A stretch of 64,000 bases of DNA from an uncultured Acidobacteriota bacterium (GCA_963777605.1 CAVZRV010000011.1:352001-416000), one strand, 5' to 3'; shown: positions 51,776-62,159, counted from the first letter of the stretch. Notes: a model not told the origin generated them from the letters alone. Numbers and translations: made by a program.

Positions 51776-52568
51776 GCGGGACAAGCGCCGATTGTCGACC
51801 TGGCTTGGCCGGGCAGCCAAGGCCCTGCTTGGTTTAGGCGCAGTCGTGGTCGCCGTCTGTCTCCTCTATTACGGAAACAGCTACGTGCGTTCCGACAACC
51901 ACTTCCAACTGCAGGCCATCGAATATCAGGGTGCCAACCGTTTCGACGCCGAAGCCTTTAACCGGCTCCTGCTGCGCACGTTCGGGCGCAATCTCCTGGT
52001 CATGGACCTGGAGAAAGTGCGTTCTTTGCTCGAGAGTGGAACCTGGGTCAAGGAAGCGACGGTTCGACGACGACTCCCCGACCGGCTGTATCTCTACATC
52101 ACGGAACGGGAACCCGTGGCGGTCGCCGCCATCGACAATGACCTTTACGTTGTCGATGAGGAAGGGGTCATCCTGGCACCATTCGGACCCGACTACTCCT
52201 ATCTCGACCGGCCCATCATCAAGGGACTCAAGAACACGGCCCGGGAGAACGCGCTCTCAGAAAACCAGCGTGGCGTCCGAGCCTACCTTAAACTTCTGCA
52301 GGATTTCGAGGCAGATGGGGCGGACTATTCGAGCCGGATCTCCGAGGTTGACGTGAGTGACCCCGAGCGGGTTGCCGTCATTTCGCTGGATGATTCCGTG
52401 CCCATCTTTTTGGGGAAGAACGGTTTTGCGCGCCGCTTCGAACGGTTCCTTTCACAACGGGCGCTGTACGAAAAGCTCAAACAGAAATACGGGCTCATCG
52501 AGTACGTTGACGTCACGTACGAAAACAAGATTATTTTTCACACGCCGCAACAGGGGGGCGCCGGTTAA
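51759..52568 (+). CDS. ftsQ: Cell division protein FtsQ/DivIB
   Basis: TM, POTRA (WVKEATVRRRLPD...EREP) and C-terminal YVDVTY. Directly before ftsA. Confidence 0.88.
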   Translation: MKEATKRDKRRLSTWLGRAAKALLGLGAVVVAVCLLYYGNSYVRSDNHFQLQAIEYQGANRFDAEAFNRLLLRTFGRNLLVMDLEKVRSLLESGTWVKEATVRRRLPDRLYLYITEREPVAVAAIDNDLYVVDEEGVILAPFGPDYSYLDRPIIKGLKNTARENALSENQRGVRAYLKLLQDFEADGADYSSRISEVDVSDPERVAVISLDDSVPIFLGKNGFARRFERFLSQRALYEKLKQKYGLIEYVDVTYENKIIFHTPQQGGAG

Positions 52569-52633
52569 CTCGGGGGAAGTTCCGCCGGCCTGAACTAGCA
52601 GGAAGGGCTAGCGACGGAAGTCAAATTGTAGAT

Positions 52634-53872
52634 ATGGCAAAGAAACGAATAGTTGCCGGGATCGATGTCGGCACAACGAAAATATGTTCCTGCATCGCAG
52701 AAATCTCCGACTCGCAGGTCGAGATCACCGGCGTGGGATGGTCCCCGTCGAAAGGATTAAAAAAGGGTATCGTCGTCAACCTCTCGGAAACCATCCGGAG
52801 CGTCCGGGAATCGCTCGTGGCCGCGGAAGAAGAAGCCGGGACGGTGGTCGAGTCGGCCTTTGTGAGTGCCGGCGGAAGGTTTCTGCGCAGCGCCAACACG
52901 GCAGCCCAGACCGACGTTCGGGGCAAGAACGGAAGGGTGGCAGCGGACGACATCAGCCGAGCCGTGCTTGCGGCCCAGGATGTTGAACTGCCTTCCGACT
53001 ACCAGGTCATTCACGTCCTGACCCAGGGCTTTTCCCTGGATGAGCAGGAGGGAATCTTCGATCCCCTCGGGATGAGCGGAAATCGGCTGGCCGTCAGGCT
53101 GCACCTGGTTTTCAATGCCACCGCCGTGGTTCAGAACATCGTCAACGCCATCAACAAGGCGGACGTGGTCGTGAAAGGCGTCGTGATGCAACAACTGGCG
53201 TCGGCCGAGGCGGTACTGACCGATGACGAGAAGGAACTGGGAACGGTGGTCATCGACATCGGGGGGGGCACAACCGACATTTCGGTTTACAGCAACGGCT
53301 GCATCTGGCACTCCGAGGTCCTGCCCATGGGTGGCAGCCTCATTACGAAGGATATCGCCATCGGACTGCGTTCTCCCCTGCAGGAGGCGGAACGCCTCAA
53401 GATCGAACTTGGCACGGTCTACCCGGACACGGTCCCCGAAGAGGAACGGATCGAGTTCAGCGAAATGGGAAGCGGGAAGTCTCAGAGCTACTCCCGGCGG
53501 CTACTCTGTCAGATCGTCGAGGCAAGATGCGTAGAGATCCTGGAGGCGACGCAAGAGGTTCTCGGGCGGGCCGGGGTTCAAATGGACCTGATCAGTGGAG
53601 TTGTTCTGACGGGAGGCGGGGCCATGATGCACGGATTCGTGGAGCGGGCGCAGGAACTTTTCCAGGCCCCTGTCCGTCTCGGCATACCGGTTTCTTTTGA
53701 GAGCCGGAACGAGGCGGTCTTTCATCCCGCCTACTCTACGGCTCTAGGTCTCCTCCGATACGCGCAAACCGTGCGCGACACCGACATGGCAAAAGTTGCC
53801 CGGGCCATGGGCCCCAGTCGCCCCAAAGCAGCGACGGAGAGGCTGAAGAACTGGATTTTTGAAAGAATCTGA
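52634..53872 (+). CDS. ftsA: Cell division protein FtsA
   Basis: GIDVGTTK, DIGGGTT, AERLK, VLTGGGA and C-terminal amphipathic LKNWIF. Confidence 0.96.
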   Translation: MAKKRIVAGIDVGTTKICSCIAEISDSQVEITGVGWSPSKGLKKGIVVNLSETIRSVRESLVAAEEEAGTVVESAFVSAGGRFLRSANTAAQTDVRGKNGRVAADDISRAVLAAQDVELPSDYQVIHVLTQGFSLDEQEGIFDPLGMSGNRLAVRLHLVFNATAVVQNIVNAINKADVVVKGVVMQQLASAEAVLTDDEKELGTVVIDIGGGTTDISVYSNGCIWHSEVLPMGGSLITKDIAIGLRSPLQEAERLKIELGTVYPDTVPEEERIEFSEMGSGKSQSYSRRLLCQIVEARCVEILEATQEVLGRAGVQMDLISGVVLTGGGAMMHGFVERAQELFQAPVRLGIPVSFESRNEAVFHPAYSTALGLLRYAQTVRDTDMAKVARAMGPSRPKAATERLKNWIFERI

Positions 53873-53947
53873 TACGGATTGACATCGGCACGCCCCGGTC
53901 CGGCACGCGGAATCCGGGACCGGGCCAGTGACCGCATGGAGGTTGAT

Positions 53948-55102
53948 ATGGGTGGAAACAATCACGATGATCGAATTATTAAACTCTCCTTCGAGGAAAA
54001 ACCGATCACCGGCGCAGCGATCAAGGTTATCGGCGTCGGTGGCGGCGGCTGCAATGCCGTCAACCGGATGATCGAGGCCGGTATCGAGGGGGTGGAATTC
54101 ATCACAGCCAACACCGATGTTCAGGCGTTGAGGCAGTCACACGCTCCGCGAAAGCTGCAGATCGGCGAGAAGTTGACCAAGGGGCTCGGGGTCGGCTCCG
54201 ATCCGGAGCTGGGCCGGCAGGCTGCTCTGGAGGACACCGAAAAAATCATCGAACTTCTCGATGGGGCGGACATGGTGTTTGTCACCGCCGGACTCGGGGG
54301 AGGCACCGGGACCGGCGCATCTCCCATCGTGGCGAGCCTGGCCACCGAACTCGGCGCCCTCACCGTAGCCGTCGTCACCACCCCGTTCCACTTCGAGGGA
54401 AAACGCCGGCGCAATCAGGCCGTTCGAGGGCTCGATGAACTTCGGGAGAGTTCCGACACGGTGATCACGATCCCCAACGAGCGCCTGCTCAACACGGTCC
54501 CTGCGGGAACTTCTCTTTTCGAGGCGTTCAAGTTCGCCGACGACGTTCTCCGGCAGGCCGTCCAGGGCATAAGCGACCTGATCACGGTCCCGGGCGTCAT
54601 TAACCTCGACTTCGCGGATGTGAAGACGATCATGTCGGGTATGGGACTCGCCCTGATGGGCACCGGCATCGCCGACGGCGACGATCGTGCTGTCAACGCC
54701 GCCCGGCGCGCGATCTCCAGCCCGTTGCTGGAGGACACGAGGATCCAGGGGGCGAAAGGTGTCCTGATCAACATTACCGGAAGTTCCCGCATGACGCTGC
54801 ACGAAGTCAGCGAAGCCAGCCGGATCGTCCAGGAGGCCGCCCATCAGGATGCCCACATCATCTTCGGGTCGGTCTGCGACGAAGAGATTGGAGACCAGAT
54901 AAAGATTACCGTCATCGCAACCGGCTTCGAGGATGACGAACCGGAACAGGTCGCTGAAGAAGTCGTTGCCCCGGGAATCGTGCGCCCCGAGAAGATGGAC
55001 TTCCGGCCCAACCTGTCGGAGGAAACGTTCGGCAACGGGAAACGCACCCCCGAACCCGACGTACTCGAAATCCCAACGTTTCTCCGTCGACAACTCGACT
55101 AA
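53948..55102 (+). CDS. ftsZ: Cell division protein FtsZ
   Basis: [22 protein letters not shown] and C-terminal [17 protein letters not shown]. Confidence 0.98.
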   Translation: MGGNNHDDRIIKLSFEEKPITGAAIKVIGVGGGGCNAVNRMIEAGIEGVEFITANTDVQALRQSHAPRKLQIGEKLTKGLGVGSDPELGRQAALEDTEKIIELLDGADMVFVTAGLGGGTGTGASPIVASLATELGALTVAVVTTPFHFEGKRRRNQAVRGLDELRESSDTVITIPNERLLNTVPAGTSLFEAFKFADDVLRQAVQGISDLITVPGVINLDFADVKTIMSGMGLALMGTGIADGDDRAVNAARRAISSPLLEDTRIQGAKGVLINITGSSRMTLHEVSEASRIVQEAAHQDAHIIFGSVCDEEIGDQIKITVIATGFEDDEPEQVAEEVVAPGIVRPEKMDFRPNLSEETFGNGKRTPEPDVLEIPTFLRRQLD

Positions 55103-55175
55103 AGGGCCCAGGAGGACCGCCGGGTCTCGCATTCCTTCTCCCGACCACCCATAATGTCGGGGGGAGACTGACGAC

Positions 55176-56177
55176 ATGATTCTTGCTGGTGATGTAGGTG
55201 GTACCAAGTGTATTCTCTCGGTATTCGAGAGAAAGGACGGAAAGCTTCACGGGATCTGCGACGAGTCCCTTCCCAGCCGGGAGTTCCGTTCCCTCGAAGC
55301 GGTAGTTGAACGCTTCCTGGAACTTCCCTCGGCACGCCAATTCAAGGACCGCATCACGTCCTCCTGTTTCGGGATCGCAGGCCCGGTATTCCAGGGTCGG
55401 GTGGCAACCACCAACCTGCCCTGGGAGATCACCGTCGAGAACCTTGAGAAGGCCAGCGGAATCCCCTGGGTGCACCTCATCAACGACCTTGAGGCAGCGG
55501 GCTACGGGATCGCCGAACTGGGAGCCGCTGACCAGGTTCGCCTCAACAGCGCCGAGAGTGTCGCCAATGCGCCGCGGGTCCTGATCGCGGCCGGGACCGG
55601 ACTGGGCGAAGGACTCCTCGTCTGTCACGAAGACGGACGTTATCACCCGATCTCCTCCGAAGGCGGCCACTGCGATTTTGCTCCCCGCAATACCCTGGAG
55701 ATCGGACTGCTCGAGTACCTGCACGAGTCATGGTCTCATGTCAGCTATGAACGCGTGCTCTCCGGGCCAGGGCTCTACAACATCTACCGCTACCTCCGTC
55801 ACATCGGCCGCCCTGAGTCATCCGAGATTTCGAGCCGGATCGAATCGGCCGAGGATCCCAGCGCCCAGGTTTCCGAACTGGCGCTGTCGTCCCGCTCCGA
55901 GACCTGCCGCGAGGCACTGCGCCTTTTCGTGTCTGTTTACGGTGCCGAAGCCGGGAACCTGGCGTTGAAGGCCAAGGCCCTGGGTGGAGTTTTCGTGGGC
56001 GGAGGTATCGCCCCCAAGATCAGGCCGATGATCGAAGAGGGCGGATTCATGGACGCGTTCCTGGACAAAGGGCGGATGCGGCCGCTGCTCGAGTCGATAC
56101 CCGTCACGCTCGTACTGAACAGCAGGATGGCCCTGATTGGAGCGGCCTCCTGTGCCGCCATGCATGAGGAGAGTTAG
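55176..56177 (+). CDS. glk: Glucokinase (E. coli Glk type)
   Basis: GDVGGTK, GIAGPV, INDLEA, GTGLGE, SEGGH, ERVLSGPG and GGGIAPK. Confidence 0.92.
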   Translation: MILAGDVGGTKCILSVFERKDGKLHGICDESLPSREFRSLEAVVERFLELPSARQFKDRITSSCFGIAGPVFQGRVATTNLPWEITVENLEKASGIPWVHLINDLEAAGYGIAELGAADQVRLNSAESVANAPRVLIAAGTGLGEGLLVCHEDGRYHPISSEGGHCDFAPRNTLEIGLLEYLHESWSHVSYERVLSGPGLYNIYRYLRHIGRPESSEISSRIESAEDPSAQVSELALSSRSETCREALRLFVSVYGAEAGNLALKAKALGGVFVGGGIAPKIRPMIEEGGFMDAFLDKGRMRPLLESIPVTLVLNSRMALIGAASCAAMHEES

Positions 56178-56204
56178 CCCGCCTTCCTCGCCAAGGTCCG
56201 AAGC

Positions 56205-56326
56205 GGGGCGGTGGAGAGGCAGATGGATGCGAGGAGTGCGACAAAGGCCCCCGCAGGCGTACTTGACGGTACGTCGAGTGGGACAAGGCGCGGCAACGCC
56301 GCGGACGCCTGTCTATCCGCCGCCGC
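56205..56326 (+). repeat. ~120-nt structured intergenic repeat or RNA-like element
   Basis: Imperfect terminal inverted arms (14/18, two of the mismatches being G-U compatible). Core hairpin GGCGTAC-TTGACG-GTACGTC, flanked by GCGAGGAG...GCAACGCCGC. Confidence 0.5.
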
Positions 56327-56481
56327 AGGAGCCTCGTGAGAAATGCGAGTTGGGTCCCGTCGCCTACACCGGTCGCTGCCTCGAGCCGGTGACTGAAAGG
56401 TGGACGCTATGGGGCGTTGTCGTGCTAAGATTTTGCAAAATTTCCGGATCACGAGGCTGTCTCCAACGAATGCGAGCGCGT

Positions 56482-59400
56482 ATGTCCAAGAAATTCATCT
56501 GCGCTTTCCTGCTGTCTCTGCAACTGCTGACCATTCCCTGCTGGGCGCAGGATCCCGCCGGGCGATTGATCGCCGTTCGGGGCCGGGTTGAAATCGGGCC
56601 GAACTGGGCCGCCGCGGTTCTCAACCAGGACCTGTTCGAAGGCAGCGAGATCCGGACTTTCCAGCAGAGTCGCGCAGTTCTGCTCCTGGCCGATGAGACT
56701 CAGCTGAAGCTGAACGCCAACACTTCACTGGTGCTCCAGTCGGCCAACCGCTCGAGCAGCCTCATCAGCCGGATTTCGGCAGCCGGCGCCCGCTCCGAGC
56801 AAAGCATCATGAATCTCCGCTCGGGGCAACTCTACGTCCGCTCGAAGAAAACCCCGGCCAGTGTCCGGGTGGACACCCCGGCTGTGACGGCCGCCATCCG
56901 CGGGACCGAATTCGACGTTCAGGTAGCACCGGACGGCGAGACGCGCACGACGGTGCTGGAAGGCTCGATCGACTATCACAACGACTACGGCGCCATCCAG
57001 GTCAATTCGGGTGAACAGGGCATTGCGAGGATCGGTGAAGCCCCGACAAAAATCGTCATCGTGAACCCGCAAGACGCCGTCCAGTGGACCTTCTTCTACA
57101 CAGCGGCAGTCAGCCCCAGGGACTACCCCTTCATTCAGCGTTCACCGGCCGCTGCCCGGACCGACCTCCAGGGAACGATCGCCGACCCTGTCCGCCGAGC
57201 CATGCTGCTGCACGACGCTGGACAACCGGACGAAGCTCTTCAGGCGCTGGAAGGAGTCTCTAGCCCTGAGGCTCACGTGGTTCGGGGCTGGCTTCTGCTC
57301 GAGAAGCACCAGTTGATGGAGGCCGAGAAAGAGTTCGATGCGGCCCCGTCCGACCTGGAACGCACCCGGCTTGGCAAGTCGCTGATTTTCCTTCGCTCCG
57401 ACCAATATGAAAATGCCTTGAAGGCGGTCGAACCGACCGGCGACGATTCAGGACTCCTGTTTCAGAAAGCCCTCGTGTTGACCGTAACGGGAGGCATCAC
57501 CGAGGCCATGCCGATCCTGGACGACCTCGCCCACCGGGACGGCTGGGCGGCGCTCGCCCAGAGCCTCAAGGCGACAATCCTGGTCGGCCGGAATTCCAAG
57601 GAGGAGGCCCTGGCAGCGGCCCGTGCGGCCCTGCAGTCCGATCCCAGCTCTCCCTCGGCACGCGTCGGGCTGAGTCGGGTCCTGCAGGCCTTCTTCGAGC
57701 TTCCCCAGGCCCGGAGCGAGGCCTCGCAGGCCCTGGAACTCGACCCGAACTTCATCGACGCCCAGGCCCAGTACGCGAAACTTCTGTTCGGGTTCGGGTT
57801 GACCGGGGAAGCCGAGAAAATCATCCAGCGTTCGCTCCAGGAGAACCCCGACGACGCCCAGATGAATTCGCTGCTGGGTTTCATCCTGCTTGCCCGTGCC
57901 GACACCTCCGAGGCGATCACGCGCTTCCAGCATGCTGTCGCTCTCGACAGCACGCTCGCTGATCCTCATCTCGGGCTCGGCCTTGCACTGATGCGCCGGA
58001 ACCGCCCCGACGACGCGGCCGCGGAGTTCCTCTCCGCCGCCACACTCGAACCGCGACTGTCTATCTACTACAGCTACCTGGCCAAGGCCTTTTACGAACT
58101 TCGCCAGTTCGAGCAGGCATTCACGTCCCTCCAGACCGCCGAGGAACTGGATCCCCGGGATCCAACACCGCACTTGTATTCGGGCATCTTCCTCGACGAT
58201 CTGAACCGGCCCGGAGCTGCGGTCTCGGCCTACCAGGATTCCATCCGACTGAATGACAACCGGGCCGTCTACCGCAGCCGGCTGATTCTCGATCAGGACC
58301 TGGCCTCCCGGAATATCAGCCTGGCCCGTGCCTACAACCGCCTCGGCCTGACCGAATGGGGAAACAGCGAGGCCGTCCTTTCCGTCCTCAACGATCCGAC
58401 CAACAGTTCGGCGCACCTTTTTCTCGGCAATACGTTCCTGGCCCTGCCGGGTCGGACGCTGGCCGGCGGCTCCGAATCGCTGCTGAATCGCCTGCTCCTC
58501 CCGGTTAACGCGAATGCGTTCAACGCCTTCAACGACTACACGACGCTCTTTGAACTTCCGCGGGCATACTGGACGGCTGAGGGGCGATACGGGAGCTTCG
58601 ACGCGTTCGGCGGCACCTTCACGGCCAGCGGTGGAACCAGCCGGTTGGCTTACCGGTCGACGACCACCTACGACCGCACCGCGGGTTTCCGTCCGGTCAA
58701 CGATGACGCCAAGGACTGGACCAGCTACAACTACCTCAAGATGGCGCTCACCCAGGGCACGGACCTGCTGCTCAGCTATTCCTATGGTCAGGACAAGAGC
58801 GGTGACCAGGGCAGCCCGGTTCTGGTCAACGAATTCAACGACCCTAACCTGCGCAACTACAGCCGCAGCCACCGCGGAGAAATTGGGGTTCACCACCGGT
58901 TTCGTCCGGGCTCAGACCTGGTCGCCATCTTCTCGGCGCGGTCGTTCGACCAGGTCAGCGACGATCCCGACAAGATTCAGCGTCCCTACATCACTTATGG
59001 ACTTCGCACATCCACCAAAGTTCCCGACGTGGATTTCCAGATCAGCCACCTGCTCAACGTTGGACGCTTCAGCTTCCGGTACGGCGCGGACGTATACGAG
59101 GGTCGCTCGCGAACTCTCGCCACCGTCTTTTACTTCTTCCCGGGCGACGACCAGCTCTACACCCAGGAGTACGACTTCAACCGGTACAAGGTGAGGACCA
59201 AGACCCTCTTCGCGAACACCGATTACCGGCTGCGTCCGGACCTGATTCTCTCGGCAGGGATCAACTACGCCTGGCTGAACGACAACAACCGCCTGGACAA
59301 CGTTCAGAAGCCCGACTCCTATTGGAATCCCCAGGCCGGAGTGCTCTACTCGCCGTTCGAAACCACCAAGCTCAGGTTCGCCTTTTTCCAGAACCTGCAA

Positions 59401-60009
59401 ACCCAGCGAGCGGAAAGCCTGGTCCCGGCCCAGTTGATGGGCTTTCCGATCCTTCAGAATGAGTCCTCGGGCTCTCGGGGAACCGCCTACAACCTCGGAT
59501 GGGATCAGAACATTGGGCGTAATGCGTTCTTTCGGAACCAGATCTACTGGAAAGACCGAAAGCTGCAGCCTTTCGACTTCGCCACCGGGTCCACGGTGGT
59601 ATTCGACGGGAAGCTCTATGGGGGCCGATCAACGATCGAGTACCTGATGTTCGAAACGCTCTCTCTCGTCGGCGATTACGGGATCACCCACAGCCTCGAC
59701 CTTTCTTCGCTGCGTCACGATCATGAGGTGAACGCTTCCCTCACCTGGGTTCAGCCCTGGGGACTCTACGTCACCCTGAACGAGAATTACCTTCGCCAGA
59801 CCGGGGAACTGGGCGACCTGAGAACCAAGGTCAAGGTCTTCACAACGGCGGTCAGCGCATCGTGGGAAATGCCCCGCAAGGTCGGGCTCGTCCAACTGAT
59901 CGCCTCGAACATTTTCGACCGCCGCTACGAGTTTCTGGCCGATCCGGAAGCCCTTGAGACCCGGATTCCCGCTCGCAACGTCCGGCTGCGACTTCGGTTC
60001 AACTTCTAG
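56482..60009 (+). CDS. FecR-domain + TPR + C-terminal outer-membrane beta-barrel receptor-like protein (NsrA-like architecture), 1175 aa
   Basis: Signal peptide MSKKFICAFLL...CWAQD. FecR motifs (IRT...RAVLLLAD, VDTPAVTAAIRGTEF), a long TPR array and AVYRSRLILDQDLA. Aromatic beta-strands ending RLRFNF. Confidence 0.8.
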   Translation: MSKKFICAFLLSLQLLTIPCWAQDPAGRLIAVRGRVEIGPNWAAAVLNQDLFEGSEIRTFQQSRAVLLLADETQLKLNANTSLVLQSANRSSSLISRISAAGARSEQSIMNLRSGQLYVRSKKTPASVRVDTPAVTAAIRGTEFDVQVAPDGETRTTVLEGSIDYHNDYGAIQVNSGEQGIARIGEAPTKIVIVNPQDAVQWTFFYTAAVSPRDYPFIQRSPAAARTDLQGTIADPVRRAMLLHDAGQPDEALQALEGVSSPEAHVVRGWLLLEKHQLMEAEKEFDAAPSDLERTRLGKSLIFLRSDQYENALKAVEPTGDDSGLLFQKALVLTVTGGITEAMPILDDLAHRDGWAALAQSLKATILVGRNSKEEALAAARAALQSDPSSPSARVGLSRVLQAFFELPQARSEASQALELDPNFIDAQAQYAKLLFGFGLTGEAEKIIQRSLQENPDDAQMNSLLGFILLARADTSEAITRFQHAVALDSTLADPHLGLGLALMRRNRPDDAAAEFLSAATLEPRLSIYYSYLAKAFYELRQFEQAFTSLQTAEELDPRDPTPHLYSGIFLDDLNRPGAAVSAYQDSIRLNDNRAVYRSRLILDQDLASRNISLARAYNRLGLTEWGNSEAVLSVLNDPTNSSAHLFLGNTFLALPGRTLAGGSESLLNRLLLPVNANAFNAFNDYTTLFELPRAYWTAEGRYGSFDAFGGTFTASGGTSRLAYRSTTTYDRTAGFRPVNDDAKDWTSYNYLKMALTQGTDLLLSYSYGQDKSGDQGSPVLVNEFNDPNLRNYSRSHRGEIGVHHRFRPGSDLVAIFSARSFDQVSDDPDKIQRPYITYGLRTSTKVPDVDFQISHLLNVGRFSFRYGADVYEGRSRTLATVFYFFPGDDQLYTQEYDFNRYKVRTKTLFANTDYRLRPDLILSAGINYAWLNDNNRLDNVQKPDSYWNPQAGVLYSPFETTKLRFAFFQNLQTQRAESLVPAQLMGFPILQNESSGSRGTAYNLGWDQNIGRNAFFRNQIYWKDRKLQPFDFATGSTVVFDGKLYGGRSTIEYLMFETLSLVGDYGITHSLDLSSLRHDHEVNASLTWVQPWGLYVTLNENYLRQTGELGDLRTKVKVFTTAVSASWEMPRKVGLVQLIASNIFDRRYEFLADPEALETRIPARNVRLRLRFNF

Positions 60010-60079
60010 GAGCGCTGATGATGATCGATGGCCACATTCCGGCCCGCTTCCCCTTGTCACGACGCGAGAGGGGGCAACG

Positions 60080-62107
60080 GTGAGCAAGAATGTCAAAGAG
60101 GTCCTGGCCTCAGCGGTCATCCTGGTTTTCTCACTGGCGGCAGTCGCGCTCCTGTCCAAGTACACCCCGTATCTGGAAAGCCTGGAACTGCGCAACTACG
60201 ACTTTCTGATGGCGGTCATCCGGGGGCCCCTGACTCCTCCCGACAACATTGTCGTCGTCGCCGTCGATGAGGCCTCGGATACTGAGTTCGACGACTCGCT
60301 GGGTTTCCACTGGCCCTATCCTCGAGGCGTCCACGGCGAACTCGTGGACGCGCTGAACGCGGCCGGAGTCAAGATCGTCATTTTCGACGTTGCGTTCATC
60401 GGCGAAAGCGGAGACAAGAACGAGGACCAGATGTTCGCGGGGGCCCTCCAGCGATCCAAAGTTCCTGTTGTGATTGCGGCCTCGATCGACGTCGTGGAGG
60501 ACCCTCGATTTTCGATGGTCCAGGAGGTTCTCCCGTACGCGCTATTCACCGATGCAGGAGCCAGGATTGGGTTTGCGACACTGAATCCCGACAGCGACGG
60601 TGTCATCCGTCACGCACGCCTTACGGTGGGGCTCCAGGCCACGCTCACGACCGAGGCGCTGGCGTTGATGGGTACCCCGGTTGACCCGGCCACGCTTCCG
60701 ATCGCCGAGTACGAAGGGGACGATCCCGAAATCCTGGTGAACTACGTGGGTGGAAGCAGAACCGTCCCGACCGTCAGCTACTACCAGGCACTGGATCCCG
60801 ACCAGTACCTTCCTCCGGACTTCCTCAAAGACAAGATCGTCTATATCGGGCGCTCGCTCGCGGTGGCTGACCTTTCGTCCGGAGGGCAAGACCACTACCC
60901 GTCTCCGTTCGACACCTTGTCTGGGCTGACCACCATGCCGGGCGTCGAGATCCACGCCAACCTGATGAACACGCTACTGACCCACGACTACATCCACCAG
61001 GTGGCCACCAGCATCCAGTGGGTCATCATCATTTCGCTCGGCCTGCTGGTTTGCCTGGCAGTGCTGATCACGGACAAGTTCTCGCTCAAGATCATTTTCT
61101 CCCTGATTGCGATATTCGGGTACATGGCGATCGTGGCGGTCCTCTTCGTCTTCGCCGGAATCTGGCTCTACGCGGTGCAACCGGTCACCCTGATGGTCAC
61201 CGTCTTCGGTTTGAACACCCTCTACCAGTACCGGCTCCACGAGAAGGAGCGAGCACACATCCGCAAAGCGCTCTCGGGGTACGTCTCAAAGCAGGTCATG
61301 GGCGAAATCCTCAAGAACCCCGACCAGTTGGAACTTGGAGGAGTGCAGGTCGAGGCGACGGTTCTCTTTTCCGACATCGCCGGTTTCTCCAAGATCTCCG
61401 AGAAGATCACTCCGCGGGAACTCGCCACTCTGCTCAATGACTACTTCACCAAGATGGGCGACATCATCATGTCCCGGGACGGCATGATCAACAAGTACAT
61501 CGGCGATGCCGTGATGGCGATCTGGAATGCCCCGCTTCCCAATGCAGACCATGCCCGGCTGGCCTGCCAGGCCGCCCTGGAGATGAGACGTGCCGTCGCC
61601 GACATGTACCCCCTGCGGATGCGGATCGGGATCAATACGGGCCAGATGGTCGCCGGCAACCTGGGTCACCGGGAAAGGATGGAGTACACCGTGATCGGCG
61701 ATGCCGTCAACCTGGCCTCACGTCTCGAAGGTGCCAACAAGCCTTTCGGGACGGTGGTCCTCATCAGTGACACCACAGAAGCGCTGGTCAGAGACAGCTT
61801 CCTGCTGCGACGGGTGGACCGGATTCGGGTAATCGGCAAACAGCACCCTGTCGAGATCTTCGAGGTATTGGCGGAACGGCACAAGCTCGTCCCCGACGAG
61901 ACTCTGTCGATGCTCGAATCGTTCAATCGAATCATCAAGACCTATGATTCACGGGACTGGCCTGAAGCCTGCCGGCTCTGCCAGGCTCACTCGAACGAGT
62001 TTCCGGGTGACCTGGTCGCAGAGGCCTACCTGAAGCGGTGCCGGAAGTTCGCCGACCAACCCCCGGAAGCCGACTGGGACGGGGTCTACGCACTCGAGTC
62101 AAAGTAG
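60080..62107 (+). CDS. CHASE2-domain class III adenylate cyclase with C-terminal TPR-like tail
   Basis: TM, CHASE2 (VVVAVDE, WPYPR, DSDGVIR, MPGVEIHAN) and 3 TM. Cyclase motifs FSDIAGFS, NKYIGD and YTVIGDAVNLASRLEG. Tail ends WDGVYALESK. Confidence 0.92.
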   Translation: MSKNVKEVLASAVILVFSLAAVALLSKYTPYLESLELRNYDFLMAVIRGPLTPPDNIVVVAVDEASDTEFDDSLGFHWPYPRGVHGELVDALNAAGVKIVIFDVAFIGESGDKNEDQMFAGALQRSKVPVVIAASIDVVEDPRFSMVQEVLPYALFTDAGARIGFATLNPDSDGVIRHARLTVGLQATLTTEALALMGTPVDPATLPIAEYEGDDPEILVNYVGGSRTVPTVSYYQALDPDQYLPPDFLKDKIVYIGRSLAVADLSSGGQDHYPSPFDTLSGLTTMPGVEIHANLMNTLLTHDYIHQVATSIQWVIIISLGLLVCLAVLITDKFSLKIIFSLIAIFGYMAIVAVLFVFAGIWLYAVQPVTLMVTVFGLNTLYQYRLHEKERAHIRKALSGYVSKQVMGEILKNPDQLELGGVQVEATVLFSDIAGFSKISEKITPRELATLLNDYFTKMGDIIMSRDGMINKYIGDAVMAIWNAPLPNADHARLACQAALEMRRAVADMYPLRMRIGINTGQMVAGNLGHRERMEYTVIGDAVNLASRLEGANKPFGTVVLISDTTEALVRDSFLLRRVDRIRVIGKQHPVEIFEVLAERHKLVPDETLSMLESFNRIIKTYDSRDWPEACRLCQAHSNEFPGDLVAEAYLKRCRKFADQPPEADWDGVYALESK

Positions 62108-62120
62108 AGGGGGCCAACCA

Positions 62121-62156
62121 GTCCGGCAGGTCGGACAAGTCAGACCAGTCTGACTA
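62121..62156. repeat. 9-bp tandem GTCnGACnn repeat forming two small hairpins between the convergent cyclases
   Basis: GTCCGGCAG GTCGGACAA GTCAGACCA GTCTGACTA. AGTCAGAC/GTCTGACT is a perfect inverted pair. Confidence 0.55.
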
Positions 62157-62159
62157 CCC

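Noticed and set aside
56137-56481. 115-aa N-terminal extension of the receptor ORF (also the extensions of lpdA, acnA, murE, murG, folA and anti-sigma in the ORF track)
   Set aside because: They overlap upstream genes or intergenic elements. Better starts with a signal peptide, RBS or translational coupling lie downstream.
62112-62156. CRISPR array remnant
   Set aside because: Units are 9 bp with no spacers, which is incompatible with CRISPR repeat-spacer structure.
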